The translations under genes and the position numbers were made by a program. From NCBI GenBank assembly GCA_024232295.1, contig JAAEPT010000013.1, positions 1 through 31,162 on the forward strand: a stretch of DNA of 31,162 nucleotides. Direction: 5' to 3'. This document shows positions 17,484-27,168 of the stretch, piece by piece (the first letter of the stretch is position 1; each line of letters starts with the position of its first letter). The notes beneath the pieces are model-generated. The model did no database searches. It was not told where the DNA came from and saw only the letters and a program-made list of their open reading frames with translations. Source of the DNA: Cytophagales bacterium (GTDB taxonomy: Bacteria; Bacteroidota; Bacteroidia; Cytophagales; JAAEPT01).

Positions 17484-19649
17484 ATGAACCTTTATCTTTT
17501 ACAAGCATCAATGCTCGAAAATGCGGGATTGACAATAGCACTTATTGTTGTCTTTTTCTTTGTAGGATTTATTGCTTTTATCCTCAAAATGTATAAAAAA
17601 TCTTCTCAAGGAGAAGCAATTGTACGTACAGGTATGGGAGGTACCAAAGTATCTTTTAGTGGAATTTTTGTCTTTCCTGTTATTCATCAAATGGAAAGAA
17701 TGGATATTACATTGAAAAAAGTAACTATTTCTCGTCAAGGAAAAGATGGACTAATCTGTAGAGACAACTTAAGAGCAGATATCCAAGTAAATTTCTTCAT
17801 TCGTGTAAATAACAATGAACCTGATGTTAACAAAGTAGCTAAATCTATTGGTTGTAAACGTGCATCTGACCCAACTGCTCTTATTGAATTATTTGATGCA
17901 AAGTTTTCAGAAGCATTAAAAACAGTAGGTAGACACTTTGATTATGTAGACTTATACAATTCTCGTGAAGAATTCAACAAGAAAATCACAGAACAAATCG
18001 GAAAAGATTTGAATGGTTATGGTTTAGATGACTGTGCTATTGATTACCTAGAACAAACTCCAATTAGTTCATTAGATGAACAAAACATCTTAGATTCTGA
18101 AGGTATCAAGAAAATAATTGACCTTACTTCTGAAGAGAAAATCAAAGCAAACTTGATTCTTCGTGACAAAGAAAAAACAATTAGACAACAAGATGTTGAA
18201 GCAAGAGAGACAATCTTAGAGTTAGATAGACAACTTGCTGAAAAAGAAGAGAAACAACATAGAGAAATTGCAAATATTAAAGCAGTTGAAGATGCTGAGA
18301 AAATTCGTGTAGAACAAGAAGAACGATTAAAAGCAGAACAAGCTCGTATCTCTACACAGGAAGCATTAGGAATTTCGGAAGAAAACAAAATGCGTGAAAT
18401 CTTAATTGCTCAAAAAAATAAAGAAAAAACTGTTGCTGTTGAAAACGAACGTGTAGAAAGAGAAAAGCAGTTAGAAGAAACTGAACGTTTAAGAATTGTG
18501 GAATTAGCACAAATCGAAAAAGAAAAAGCTCTTGAAGAAGAACGTAAAAACATTCAAGATGTAATTCGTGAACGTGTAATTGTAGAGAAAGCAGTAGTTG
18601 AAGAAGAAGAAAAAATCAAAGATACTAAAGCTTTAGCTGAAGCTGACCGTGAAAAAGATGTTGCGTTAAAAGAAGCAGAAAAAGATGCTCAAGAAGCCTT
18701 AATTAGACAAACAAAACAAGCAGAGGCTTCTAAGCAAGCTGCTGAATTTAGAGCTAAACAAGTTCAAATCGAAGCAGAAGCAGAACAAACTTCTGCCTTG
18801 AAGAAAGCAGAGGCAATCAAAGTATTAGCTGATGCAGAGGCTTCTAAACAAGCTGCTGTTGGTTTAGCTGAGGCTCAAGTAATGGAAGCAAAAGCAGAAG
18901 CAAAAGAAAAAGAAGGTGAAACTGAAGCAAGAGTATTAGAGCTTAATGCTCTGGCTGATGCGAAAGGTATTCGTGAACGTTCTCTTGCTCAAGCTGAAGC
19001 TGATCTACAAATCGGACAGGCTGATGCACAAGTTATTGAAGCAAGAGCAAGTGCTGAAGAGAAAAAAGGATTAGCTGAAGCCAAAGTACTTCAAGAAAAA
19101 CTAGCTTCTGAAGCTAAAGGTATTGAAGAGAAAGCTGCTGCTATGCAGAAATTGGATGGTGTAGGTAGAGAGCATGAAGAATTCAAATTACGCCTAGAGA
19201 AAGAGACAAAAGTAGATTTAGCTCATATTCAAGTTCAAAAGGATATTGCAGAAGCACAAGCAACTGTATTAGCTGAAGCAATGAAATCTGCTAAAATTGA
19301 TATTGTTGGTGGTGAACCAGTAATTTTTGATAAGATTATGGGTGCTATTGCTAAAGGAAAATCTATTGATAGATTAGTAGATAACAGTAAAACTGTAGAG
19401 CAAATCAAAGACACTTTCTTTGACACTTCTAATGGTGGTTCTTTCAAAGAAAACTTAGCAAACTTCATTGACCAATTCAACATTGACTCTGAAACAGTTA
19501 AGAATTTAAGTGTAGCTACATTACTCAACACATTATCAAAGGAACATGAAAGTGATCCAGCAAAAATCAAACAATTAGAAGAGTTTGGAAAAATTGCTAA
19601 TGTATTGGGAATAGCTAATCAAGCAATTGGAAGCTTAGGTATTCTTTAA
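17484..19649 (+). CDS. Flotillin family (SPFH/band-7) protein with a long Ala/Glu/Lys-rich coiled-coil
   Basis: It has an N-terminal TM and an SPFH core (GGTKVSFSGIFVFPVIHQMERMDITLKKVTISRQGKDGLICRDNLRADIQVNFFIRV). Extensive EA-repeat coiled-coil follows (about nt 18150-19200). Confidence 0.9.
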   Translation: MNLYLLQASMLENAGLTIALIVVFFFVGFIAFILKMYKKSSQGEAIVRTGMGGTKVSFSGIFVFPVIHQMERMDITLKKVTISRQGKDGLICRDNLRADIQVNFFIRVNNNEPDVNKVAKSIGCKRASDPTALIELFDAKFSEALKTVGRHFDYVDLYNSREEFNKKITEQIGKDLNGYGLDDCAIDYLEQTPISSLDEQNILDSEGIKKIIDLTSEEKIKANLILRDKEKTIRQQDVEARETILELDRQLAEKEEKQHREIANIKAVEDAEKIRVEQEERLKAEQARISTQEALGISEENKMREILIAQKNKEKTVAVENERVEREKQLEETERLRIVELAQIEKEKALEEERKNIQDVIRERVIVEKAVVEEEEKIKDTKALAEADREKDVALKEAEKDAQEALIRQTKQAEASKQAAEFRAKQVQIEAEAEQTSALKKAEAIKVLADAEASKQAAVGLAEAQVMEAKAEAKEKEGETEARVLELNALADAKGIRERSLAQAEADLQIGQADAQVIEARASAEEKKGLAEAKVLQEKLASEAKGIEEKAAAMQKLDGVGREHEEFKLRLEKETKVDLAHIQVQKDIAEAQATVLAEAMKSAKIDIVGGEPVIFDKIMGAIAKGKSIDRLVDNSKTVEQIKDTFFDTSNGGSFKENLANFIDQFNIDSETVKNLSVATLLNTLSKEHESDPAKIKQLEEFGKIANVLGIANQAIGSLGIL

Positions 19650-19669
19650 TTTTATTTTAACAATACTTT

Positions 19670-19707
19670 GCCTGATATTTCCTTTTGGGGAGTATCAGGC
19701 TTTTTTT
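19670..19707 (+). terminator. Rho-independent terminator-like hairpin between flotillin and the giant ORF (stem GCCTGATA/TATCAGGC, 15-nt loop, then T7)
   Basis: Perfect 8-bp inverted repeat 19670-19677 / 19693-19700, followed by TTTTTTT at 19701-19707. Confidence 0.6.
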
Positions 19708-19737
19708 ACACTTTTTTTACTCATTTAGTACACTGTA

Positions 19738-22700
19738 ATGAACGAAGAAAACATACAATTAGAAGGAGGTACATACGAAATTCTCAAAAATCGTTTACTG
19801 CAAGAAGGTTCTCAACTTCGAGAAAAACTACAAGACCTTAATATTGCTAGACAAGATGTATTTGGAGCTATTCAAACACAGCTTATATCAAATGAGCGTA
19901 TTACCACAGAAAACAATTGTATTCCTTGGGATATGTGCCCTATCCACAATCGTTTTCTATTTGGATACAATGTTTTTTTAGGATTAAAGACAGAAATTAA
20001 ATTAAGTGATGTTTTTAGTTATTATGAATACCAAGACCATCAATTCCACCAAGAAGAATTAAAAATATTAGAAGATGATAATTTTCTAAGTGATTTTAAT
20101 AATCTATATAAGTATTATAAGAGCGCTCAATTTGTACGATTTTTTAAGCGAGACTTGTACTTATACATGATTTTTAGAATCAGTAAAGAAGTTAATGATA
20201 TCAAAGCCTTCAAATGGGAAATTGGTAGTGATGGCTCATTAACTTATATAGATGCTAGAAGTGATCATGAAATCAAATATCCTGCACAGCATGAGTTTAG
20301 TTGGAAAAAAACAACTCGTGAGATGCATAGAAAAGGATTACACCCTCACATCTCTATAGAAGATAAAATTTTTGTAGAAACAATTGGTGGAGATTTAACA
20401 ATTAAAGTTGAGGATAATACAAATATTGGTAAAGGTATCTTCTCAGAAGCAGTTAAGAATCCAGGACAGACATTAGATGATGCAGAGTTTAATTATGCAA
20501 TTATTGATAATCTAATTGTCTTGAGAGTCAAACCTTATCAAGAAAATGAGTATCGCTATATTGTTTATAATGAAAAATTACAAGAGGCAAAAAGAATTGA
20601 TGCTCTAAAAGAATCTTGTATTTTCTTACCTGAGGGTCATGGACTAATCTTCGCCAATGGTTATTACCTACAAACTGGTGAATTCAAACTTTTCGACCAT
20701 GATCTAAAGAATTTATTGTTTGAAAGACAAATCTCATCTCCTAATGGTGAAGATTATCTATATGTCTTTTACAATCGTCTACATGGTATTTACTTATTAT
20801 TGTCTTATAATATCATTGAACAAACAATTAGTACCCCTATCATTTGTCATGGTTATGCCATCTTTGATAATGGAGAATTGTGTTATTTTAAAGCAGATGA
20901 AGAGGCTAAAAAACATCACAGTATTCAAATTTGGCAAACCCCTTATATTCATTCTGATTTTGAAATTCAAGCTAATAAAGAGTCTTATTTATATAAAATA
21001 GGAAATAAGGATATTGTGAAGGCAATGGCTGATGCTCATGGTATTCTAAACTTATTAGATAAAGACGATAGTTATGGTAATCTGTATTTGGATATTCTAA
21101 AAGAATCAAATGATACACTAGATTCTCATTATTGGTTAACTAGTGAAGAAGCCTTCAATTTAGCAGAGCCAATTACTGAGATTAAAAATACAGCAAAGTC
21201 TGCTATTGATGAGTTTGAAAAAGTTCTAACAATTCGTAAAAACACAACTCAACGAATTCAGGAAGTTAGTCAAGAAACAGAAAGCTTATTACAAGAAGTT
21301 AGACGTTCTACTCCAAAACATATTGACGAATATGTTCAATTTTTAGGAAAATTACGTTTAGCAAGAGGTGAGGTCATTTCCCTTAAAGAATTACGTTATA
21401 CAAACTTACCTCTCATTGACAAACTAGAGGAAGAAGTTGCTCAAGCTAGTGCAAACACTTCTGAAGGTTGTGTTAAGTTTTTAGTAAAAAAAGAAGCACT
21501 ACAACCTTATGAACAAAAAGTAGAAGATATTAATCAAACGATTGATAAACTTGAAAAAGTTATTGATGCAACAAGGATTGAAGAAAAAATTGATGCTACT
21601 TCCAAAGAATTAGAATTATTGATTGAGATTGTGAGTAATCTAAAAATTGAAGATGCTACACAAACTACTCAAATCATTGATAATATTTCAGCTATTTATG
21701 CTCGTTTCAATCAAATTAAGGTTTCCTTAAAAAGAAAAAAGAAGGAATTACAGAGTGTAGAAGGTAAAGCTGAATTTAATGCTCAACTCAAATTAATTCA
21801 ACAAGGCCTTATCAACTATCTTGATGTATGTGATAAACCAGAAAAATGTGATGAATATTTAACCAAATTAATGGTTCAGCTTGAGGAATTAGAAAGTAAA
21901 TTCTCTGAATTTGATGAGTTTATTGAACAAATTACTATCAAGCGTGAAGAGGCTTATAATGCTTTTGAAGCCAAGAAAGTTGCTTTAATTGAAGCAAGAA
22001 ACAAACATTCAAATGCTCTTTTAAATTCTGCTAATCGTATTTTGAAGTCTGTACAAAATCGTGCAAAAAACTTCAAAGAACTCAATGAAATCAATGGTTA
22101 TTTTGCCTCTGACTTAATGATTGATAAGGTCAGAAATGTAGTTGAGGAATTAGTAGAAATTGGAGATACTGTAAAAGCTGACGATATTCAGAGTCGTTTA
22201 AAATCTACACAAGAAGATGCTATTCGTCAATTGAAAGATAAGCAAGAGTTATTTGTAGATGGTGAAAATGCAATTCAATTAGGAAGTCATAGTTTCCTTG
22301 TTAATAAACAAAGCCTTACCTTAACAATTGTTCCAAGAAATGAAGAATTATCTTTTCATTTGACTGGAACAAACTTCTTTGAAAAGATTAAAAATGAAAA
22401 ACTAAATAGTTATCAACATTTTTGGGAACAAGATTTAGTTTCAGAAAACAAAAAAGTATATCGTGGAGAATATTTAGCTTATCAAATCTTTTTGGAGGCT
22501 AAAGAAAAGAAAGAGCTTCTTCAACAATTAGCTCAATCTACTGAGAAAGAAAACCTACAATTTGTACAACAGTTCATGTCTGTTCGCTACAATGAGGGAT
22601 ATATCAAGGGAGTACATGATGTTGATGCTGATAAAATATTAGGGCAACTAATACAGCTTTATCAAACAGCTGATTTACTTCATTATTCTTCTGATTCAAG

Positions 22701-25206
22701 AACCTTAGCAAAACTATGGTGGACTGAATTTCTAGAAGAAAGCATCAAAAAGGATTTTGATCAACAATTAAAAGGTGCTGGTTTATTATTACAAGTTTTT
22801 CCACAGAACACAGCTTTTGAAGAATTAAAAGAAGAACTTCAACAAGCAATTCAGCCTTTTGTTGAAGAAAGTGCTTTGTTTGATGTAAGTAGTATTGAAG
22901 AAGCAATTGATTATCTTTTTGATGAATGTACAAGAGGAAATCAGTTTATCATACATTATGAAGCTCATAAAGTTTGTCAAGATTTCATACAGTATCTTAA
23001 AGAGCATCAACAAGAAAAAATATTCCAAAAGTCTATTGATGGACTAAAAGGAAATAAAATAGCTCAATACCAGTTGATAAAAAATTGGGTTCTTGCTTTT
23101 GTGGGCTCTCACTCACTTGATTGTAATGAACACTTGAATGAAATTGCTTCTTGTTTGTTCTCACAAAATCACAATGGTAATCAAGTTATTCATACACAAT
23201 TACAAACAACTATTGAAGGTTTACAAGGGAATCATGATACCATTGTAAAACAAGCTTATGCACTTCATTATAATCAATTTATTCAGAAAATGGAGCATTA
23301 TGTCTCGCATACTGTTCCTGAATACTTGCATTATATTCAACTGAAAAAAGACTTAACTCAGCAATTTGAAGCAGAACTACGACTCAATGAGTTTAAGCCT
23401 CGTGTGATGAGTTCTTTTGTTCGTAATGAATTACTTGATAAGGTTTATTTACCAATTATTGGAAATAACTTAGCCAAACAAATGGGTACTGCTGGAGCAA
23501 ATAAGCGTACTGATTTGATGGGTATGTTGCTCTTGCTCTCTCCTCCTGGATATGGTAAAACAACTTTAATGGAATACATTGCCAATCGTTTGGGCTTGAT
23601 TTTCATGAAAATTAATGGTCCTGCTATTGGTCATCAAATTGTTTCGCTTGACCCTGCTGAAGCTCAAAATGCTGGTGCAAAAGAAGAATTGAAAAAGCTA
23701 AACCTTGCTCTTGTAATGGGAGACAATGTAATGCTTTATTTAGATGATATTCAGCACTGTAATCCTGAGTTTTTACAGAAGTTTATTTCTCTTTGTGATG
23801 CTCAACGAAAAATTGAAGGGGTTTATAAAGGACAACCTAAAACCTATGACTTTAGAGGGAAAAAAGTAGCTGTTGTAATGGCTGGTAACCCATACACAGA
23901 AAGTGGTGATAAGTTCCAAATTCCAGACATGCTTGCCAACCGTGCAGACATCTACAATTTGGGAGATATTTTGGGTGATTCAGAAAATGCCTTTAAATTA
24001 AGTTATTTACAAAACTGTCTTACTTCCAATGCTGTATTAAGTAAAATTGCGAGTAAAACACCAAAAGATGTTTTGACTTTGGTGCGTATTGCAGAAACAG
24101 GAAGTCAAGAAAACATCAACTTTGAAGGAAATCATTCTAAAGCAGAAATTAATGAATATCTTTCTGTTGTTAAAAAGTTATTAACAATACGAGATGTGGT
24201 TCTAAAAATGAATTTGGCTTATATTGATTCTGCTGCACAAGCTGATGAATACAGAACAGAGCCTCCTTTCAAGCTTCAAGGTTCTTATCGTAATATGAAT
24301 AAATTAGCAGAAAGAGTGGTTCCAATCATGAATGATGATGAATTACAAACGTTGATTATTTCTCATTATGAAAATGAAGCTCAAACATTAACTACTGGTG
24401 CAGAAGCCAATTTATTAAAGTTTAAGGAGTTAGTTGATATTTTGAGTGAAGAGGAAATATTAAGATGGGAAGATATCAAAAAGACCTTTGCAAGAAATAA
24501 TAAATTAAAGGGGATTGGGGGCGAAAGTTTTGGACAAATTCTATTACAAATGGAATCTATTTCTGAAGGACTTTCTTCTATTAGTCATCAATTAAAAGAT
24601 CGAAACAACTCTTCTACTCCTACTATGACTAATACAGAAGTTCCTCAAAATACTTCAATTGTTGTAGAACAGGAAACAAATGAAGAATTGGTAGGTATTT
24701 TGAAAGTTTTGCAGGAAAATCAACAAAAGATTGTTACTGAGTTGGTAGAGCAAAAAGACATTCAAGACCAACAATTGCATAAGGTTCAACAAAAGGAAAT
24801 TGCTGAACACAAACAAAAAGAAGAACAAGAAGCTCTTTTAGAAAAGGTTCTTAAAGAAGAAAAAGAAAAACTAAGTGTACTAAGGAATCAATTGACAGTA
24901 GCTATCAAAGAAAAAATTCTGATTGAAGATACAGAAGATAGTCACTTTAGCTATTTATTTGCTTTCGAAAACAAGACTGAACAGAAGATCAAAGGTTTTG
25001 TAGGAACATTAGAATTCAGAAGTAGTGAAGGTATCATTGTGCATAACCTTAGTGTTAGCTATGAGGAAGGCATTGAACCTTTGGGTACTGTGCAATGGGA
25101 AGCACAAATGGAATTCAATCCATTCTTAGAAAAAGACATTCTTTTGAAAAATATGAGTATTGATGAACTACAAACAATATGGATTCCTAAGAAAATCCTC
25201 TTTTAG
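19738..25206 (+). CDS. Giant 1822-aa protein with an internal MoxR/AAA_5-like AAA+ ATPase domain (about aa 1240-1450) and long coiled-coil regions
   Basis: It is a single uninterrupted ORF. Walker A is LLLSPPGYGKTTLMEY (nt 23541-23570). Walker B is VMLYLDDIQHCNPEFL (nt 23733-23780). The NP motif VAVVMAGNPYTE (nt 23870-23900) is typical of MoxR/dynein-related AAA+. There are coiled-coil stretches (aa about 480-760, about 1640-1720) and a beta-rich C-terminus. Confidence 0.8.
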   Translation: MNEENIQLEGGTYEILKNRLLQEGSQLREKLQDLNIARQDVFGAIQTQLISNERITTENNCIPWDMCPIHNRFLFGYNVFLGLKTEIKLSDVFSYYEYQDHQFHQEELKILEDDNFLSDFNNLYKYYKSAQFVRFFKRDLYLYMIFRISKEVNDIKAFKWEIGSDGSLTYIDARSDHEIKYPAQHEFSWKKTTREMHRKGLHPHISIEDKIFVETIGGDLTIKVEDNTNIGKGIFSEAVKNPGQTLDDAEFNYAIIDNLIVLRVKPYQENEYRYIVYNEKLQEAKRIDALKESCIFLPEGHGLIFANGYYLQTGEFKLFDHDLKNLLFERQISSPNGEDYLYVFYNRLHGIYLLLSYNIIEQTISTPIICHGYAIFDNGELCYFKADEEAKKHHSIQIWQTPYIHSDFEIQANKESYLYKIGNKDIVKAMADAHGILNLLDKDDSYGNLYLDILKESNDTLDSHYWLTSEEAFNLAEPITEIKNTAKSAIDEFEKVLTIRKNTTQRIQEVSQETESLLQEVRRSTPKHIDEYVQFLGKLRLARGEVISLKELRYTNLPLIDKLEEEVAQASANTSEGCVKFLVKKEALQPYEQKVEDINQTIDKLEKVIDATRIEEKIDATSKELELLIEIVSNLKIEDATQTTQIIDNISAIYARFNQIKVSLKRKKKELQSVEGKAEFNAQLKLIQQGLINYLDVCDKPEKCDEYLTKLMVQLEELESKFSEFDEFIEQITIKREEAYNAFEAKKVALIEARNKHSNALLNSANRILKSVQNRAKNFKELNEINGYFASDLMIDKVRNVVEELVEIGDTVKADDIQSRLKSTQEDAIRQLKDKQELFVDGENAIQLGSHSFLVNKQSLTLTIVPRNEELSFHLTGTNFFEKIKNEKLNSYQHFWEQDLVSENKKVYRGEYLAYQIFLEAKEKKELLQQLAQSTEKENLQFVQQFMSVRYNEGYIKGVHDVDADKILGQLIQLYQTADLLHYSSDSRTLAKLWWTEFLEESIKKDFDQQLKGAGLLLQVFPQNTAFEELKEELQQAIQPFVEESALFDVSSIEEAIDYLFDECTRGNQFIIHYEAHKVCQDFIQYLKEHQQEKIFQKSIDGLKGNKIAQYQLIKNWVLAFVGSHSLDCNEHLNEIASCLFSQNHNGNQVIHTQLQTTIEGLQGNHDTIVKQAYALHYNQFIQKMEHYVSHTVPEYLHYIQLKKDLTQQFEAELRLNEFKPRVMSSFVRNELLDKVYLPIIGNNLAKQMGTAGANKRTDLMGMLLLLSPPGYGKTTLMEYIANRLGLIFMKINGPAIGHQIVSLDPAEAQNAGAKEELKKLNLALVMGDNVMLYLDDIQHCNPEFLQKFISLCDAQRKIEGVYKGQPKTYDFRGKKVAVVMAGNPYTESGDKFQIPDMLANRADIYNLGDILGDSENAFKLSYLQNCLTSNAVLSKIASKTPKDVLTLVRIAETGSQENINFEGNHSKAEINEYLSVVKKLLTIRDVVLKMNLAYIDSAAQADEYRTEPPFKLQGSYRNMNKLAERVVPIMNDDELQTLIISHYENEAQTLTTGAEANLLKFKELVDILSEEEILRWEDIKKTFARNNKLKGIGGESFGQILLQMESISEGLSSISHQLKDRNNSSTPTMTNTEVPQNTSIVVEQETNEELVGILKVLQENQQKIVTELVEQKDIQDQQLHKVQQKEIAEHKQKEEQEALLEKVLKEEKEKLSVLRNQLTVAIKEKILIEDTEDSHFSYLFAFENKTEQKIKGFVGTLEFRSSEGIIVHNLSVSYEEGIEPLGTVQWEAQMEFNPFLEKDILLKNMSIDELQTIWIPKKILF

Positions 25207-25217
25207 ATAATAAAAAG

Positions 25218-25260
25218 AAACCCCTTGACCAAATTAGAATTAAGGGGTTTTTTATTTTTT
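25218..25260. terminator. Bidirectional rho-independent terminator between the convergent giant ORF and the OM protein gene
   Basis: AAACCCCTT (25218-25226) pairs with AAGGGGTTT (25242-25250) around a 15-nt loop, followed by TTTTTATTTTTT. An A-run lies upstream for the opposite strand. Confidence 0.7.
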
Positions 25261-26149
25261 AGTCTTCTTTATTAAGAAGAAATCGATAAGCCATTCGTAT
25301 TTGAAAACCTGTTCTAAAGTCAGTATTTATATTATTTTCTAGCGTTCGTTGATCGTTAGCAATTGAACCAACCACTGACCACAAAGATGGATAATCCTCA
25401 TAACGTGAATAATCCTTGATTGCATAAACAAATATAGCTTGTAATATCAATGTTTCATTCAAAAGATCAATTTGAATATAAGGCAAAATATCACGAGTAT
25501 TCACATGATAGTAAGCGTTTTCATATTGTGTTTGATTAAAACCAAGATTTGTAGCTCTTACTGTTGTTCCCACTCTAATATTTTTATAAAAGCGATAATT
25601 CATATCCAGATACATTGGTAAATAATAATCAAATTCCCAACGTTTCTTTGGAGAGCGATAATAAAAACCTAGTATTGGTGTGAAGTTATTTCCATAGGCT
25701 TCTGTTGTATAGTATGCTCCAAAACGCCAAGTGAAATAATCATTCTTCTTGTAAGAACTTACTGTCCAAGCACCTAATTGATAAGCATCACTTCCTGCAT
25801 TTAAATCAGAAGCAATCTTAGGCAAGAAAATAAAGTTAGAAGACCACTTCTCAGAAAACTTATAATTTAGTCCCAACTGTAAAGTAAAAGAGTATAAACT
25901 AATTTTTTCATCATCACCAATTGAATTGGCTACATTGTGGTATGCTTGATCAAGACCTGTAATAATAGCTACATCATCATTAATGACAATAGGGGCTTTT
26001 AACTTCAAACTTTGATATTGTACTACATCATCTCCTGTATCTACTTGCTCATAATAGGCACGAACAAGACTCACATAATCTTGAGCAAAAATAAAAGTAC
26101 TTGTAAATAAGAAAAATGATAAAAATGAGATAATTCTATACATAGGCAT
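25259..26149 (-). CDS. Putative outer-membrane beta-barrel protein with signal peptide
   Basis: The signal peptide is MPMYRIISFLSFFLFTSTFIFAQD. It shows alternating aromatic/hydrophilic beta-strand pattern and is Tyr/Asn/Gly-rich, 296 aa. Confidence 0.55.
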   Translation of the reverse strand: MPMYRIISFLSFFLFTSTFIFAQDYVSLVRAYYEQVDTGDDVVQYQSLKLKAPIVINDDVAIITGLDQAYHNVANSIGDDEKISLYSFTLQLGLNYKFSEKWSSNFIFLPKIASDLNAGSDAYQLGAWTVSSYKKNDYFTWRFGAYYTTEAYGNNFTPILGFYYRSPKKRWEFDYYLPMYLDMNYRFYKNIRVGTTVRATNLGFNQTQYENAYYHVNTRDILPYIQIDLLNETLILQAIFVYAIKDYSRYEDYPSLWSVVGSIANDQRTLENNINTDFRTGFQIRMAYRFLLNKED

Positions 26150-26182
26150 GTTTAATTTAAGGTTCTTAATGAAGTTACAAAA

Positions 26183-27079
26183 TTATAACTTCTTTTCCCA
26201 CATATTTTTCTGCCTTTCTAAGGTCTTTTGGAATTTAGCAGGAGCTTCTATTTCTAGCTTCATTTCTTGAAAAGTAACAGGATGTGTGAAGGTCAGAGCT
26301 ATTGCACTCAGAAACATACCTTTACCTTGAAAAACCTTCTCTTGATCTCCATAAATCTTATCTCCTAGAATTGGCATCCCTTGTTCCAATGAATGAATAC
26401 GAAGTTGATGTGTTCGTCCTGTATGTGGATAATAATTCACCAAAGTTAGAAAACCTGTTTTTAATGAAGGGACCTCCTTGATAACTTCATATTCGGTTAA
26501 AGCCTCTTGTTCATTGATTGGAGTATTGATAAACCCTTTCTTCTCACCCAACTTTCCTGTCAAAATTGCTTGATAACACTTTTTAATCTTCTTTTCGCTA
26601 AACAAACTCCCCAATTCAATCAACATTTTTTTGGTCTTGGCGATCATTAACAAACCAGAAGTTGCATAATCCAAACGATGAACAGGTTTAGGTACTTTCA
26701 AAGCATCTATTTCAGAGGAAATATTTATATTGAAAAGTAAGGCATTCTGAATTGTTCTAAATTTATTTCCACTTACTTCGATTCCTGCTGGTTTATTGAT
26801 CACTGCCAAATACTCATCTTCATATACTACAGGAAATGAGAGTTCAAAAATAGGACTTTGTTTTTCCTCTTCAAACAATTCTATTTTTTGGTCTTTTTTT
26901 ACCCAATCTCCTTGACTTCCTTCCTTATCATTCACCATAACCAATCCCTTTTTAATTGCTTTTTTTGTAGCATTTCGAGAAGGTAAATAATCAGCAAAAT
27001 GTTCTTGTAAATAATCCAACAAGCGAGTCTTCAAATGATAATTCGATGGGGTTTTGTGACTATGAAGAAGAATTTTCAT
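26183..27079 (-). CDS. RluA-family 23S/tRNA pseudouridine synthase with an N-terminal S4-like domain
   Basis: The catalytic motif is VHRLDYATSGLLMIAK (HRLD...TSG). LRIHS is also conserved. Confidence 0.9.
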   Translation of the reverse strand: MKILLHSHKTPSNYHLKTRLLDYLQEHFADYLPSRNATKKAIKKGLVMVNDKEGSQGDWVKKDQKIELFEEEKQSPIFELSFPVVYEDEYLAVINKPAGIEVSGNKFRTIQNALLFNINISSEIDALKVPKPVHRLDYATSGLLMIAKTKKMLIELGSLFSEKKIKKCYQAILTGKLGEKKGFINTPINEQEALTEYEVIKEVPSLKTGFLTLVNYYPHTGRTHQLRIHSLEQGMPILGDKIYGDQEKVFQGKGMFLSAIALTFTHPVTFQEMKLEIEAPAKFQKTLERQKNMWEKKL

Positions 27080-27168
27080 ATTTTTTTCGGGTTTTGTACA
27101 AAAATAACCAATTTCATTTTTTCAACAACGTATGAATTTTACTAAATTAGCAGGCTGATACGAAAACA

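Noticed and set aside
18044-19570. Minus-strand ORFs (18044-18388, 19235-19570) antisense to flotillin
   Set aside because: Their Ser/Cys/Phe-rich translations are the antisense of the GAA/GCT-rich coiled-coil coding repeats. The flotillin frame is clearly the real one.
20720-23028. Short ORFs inside the giant gene on either strand (20720-21001 plus, 22745-22933 minus, 22825-23028 minus)
   Set aside because: They are embedded in an uninterrupted 5.5-kb ORF. They are hydrophobic or low-complexity artefacts of AT-rich sequence.
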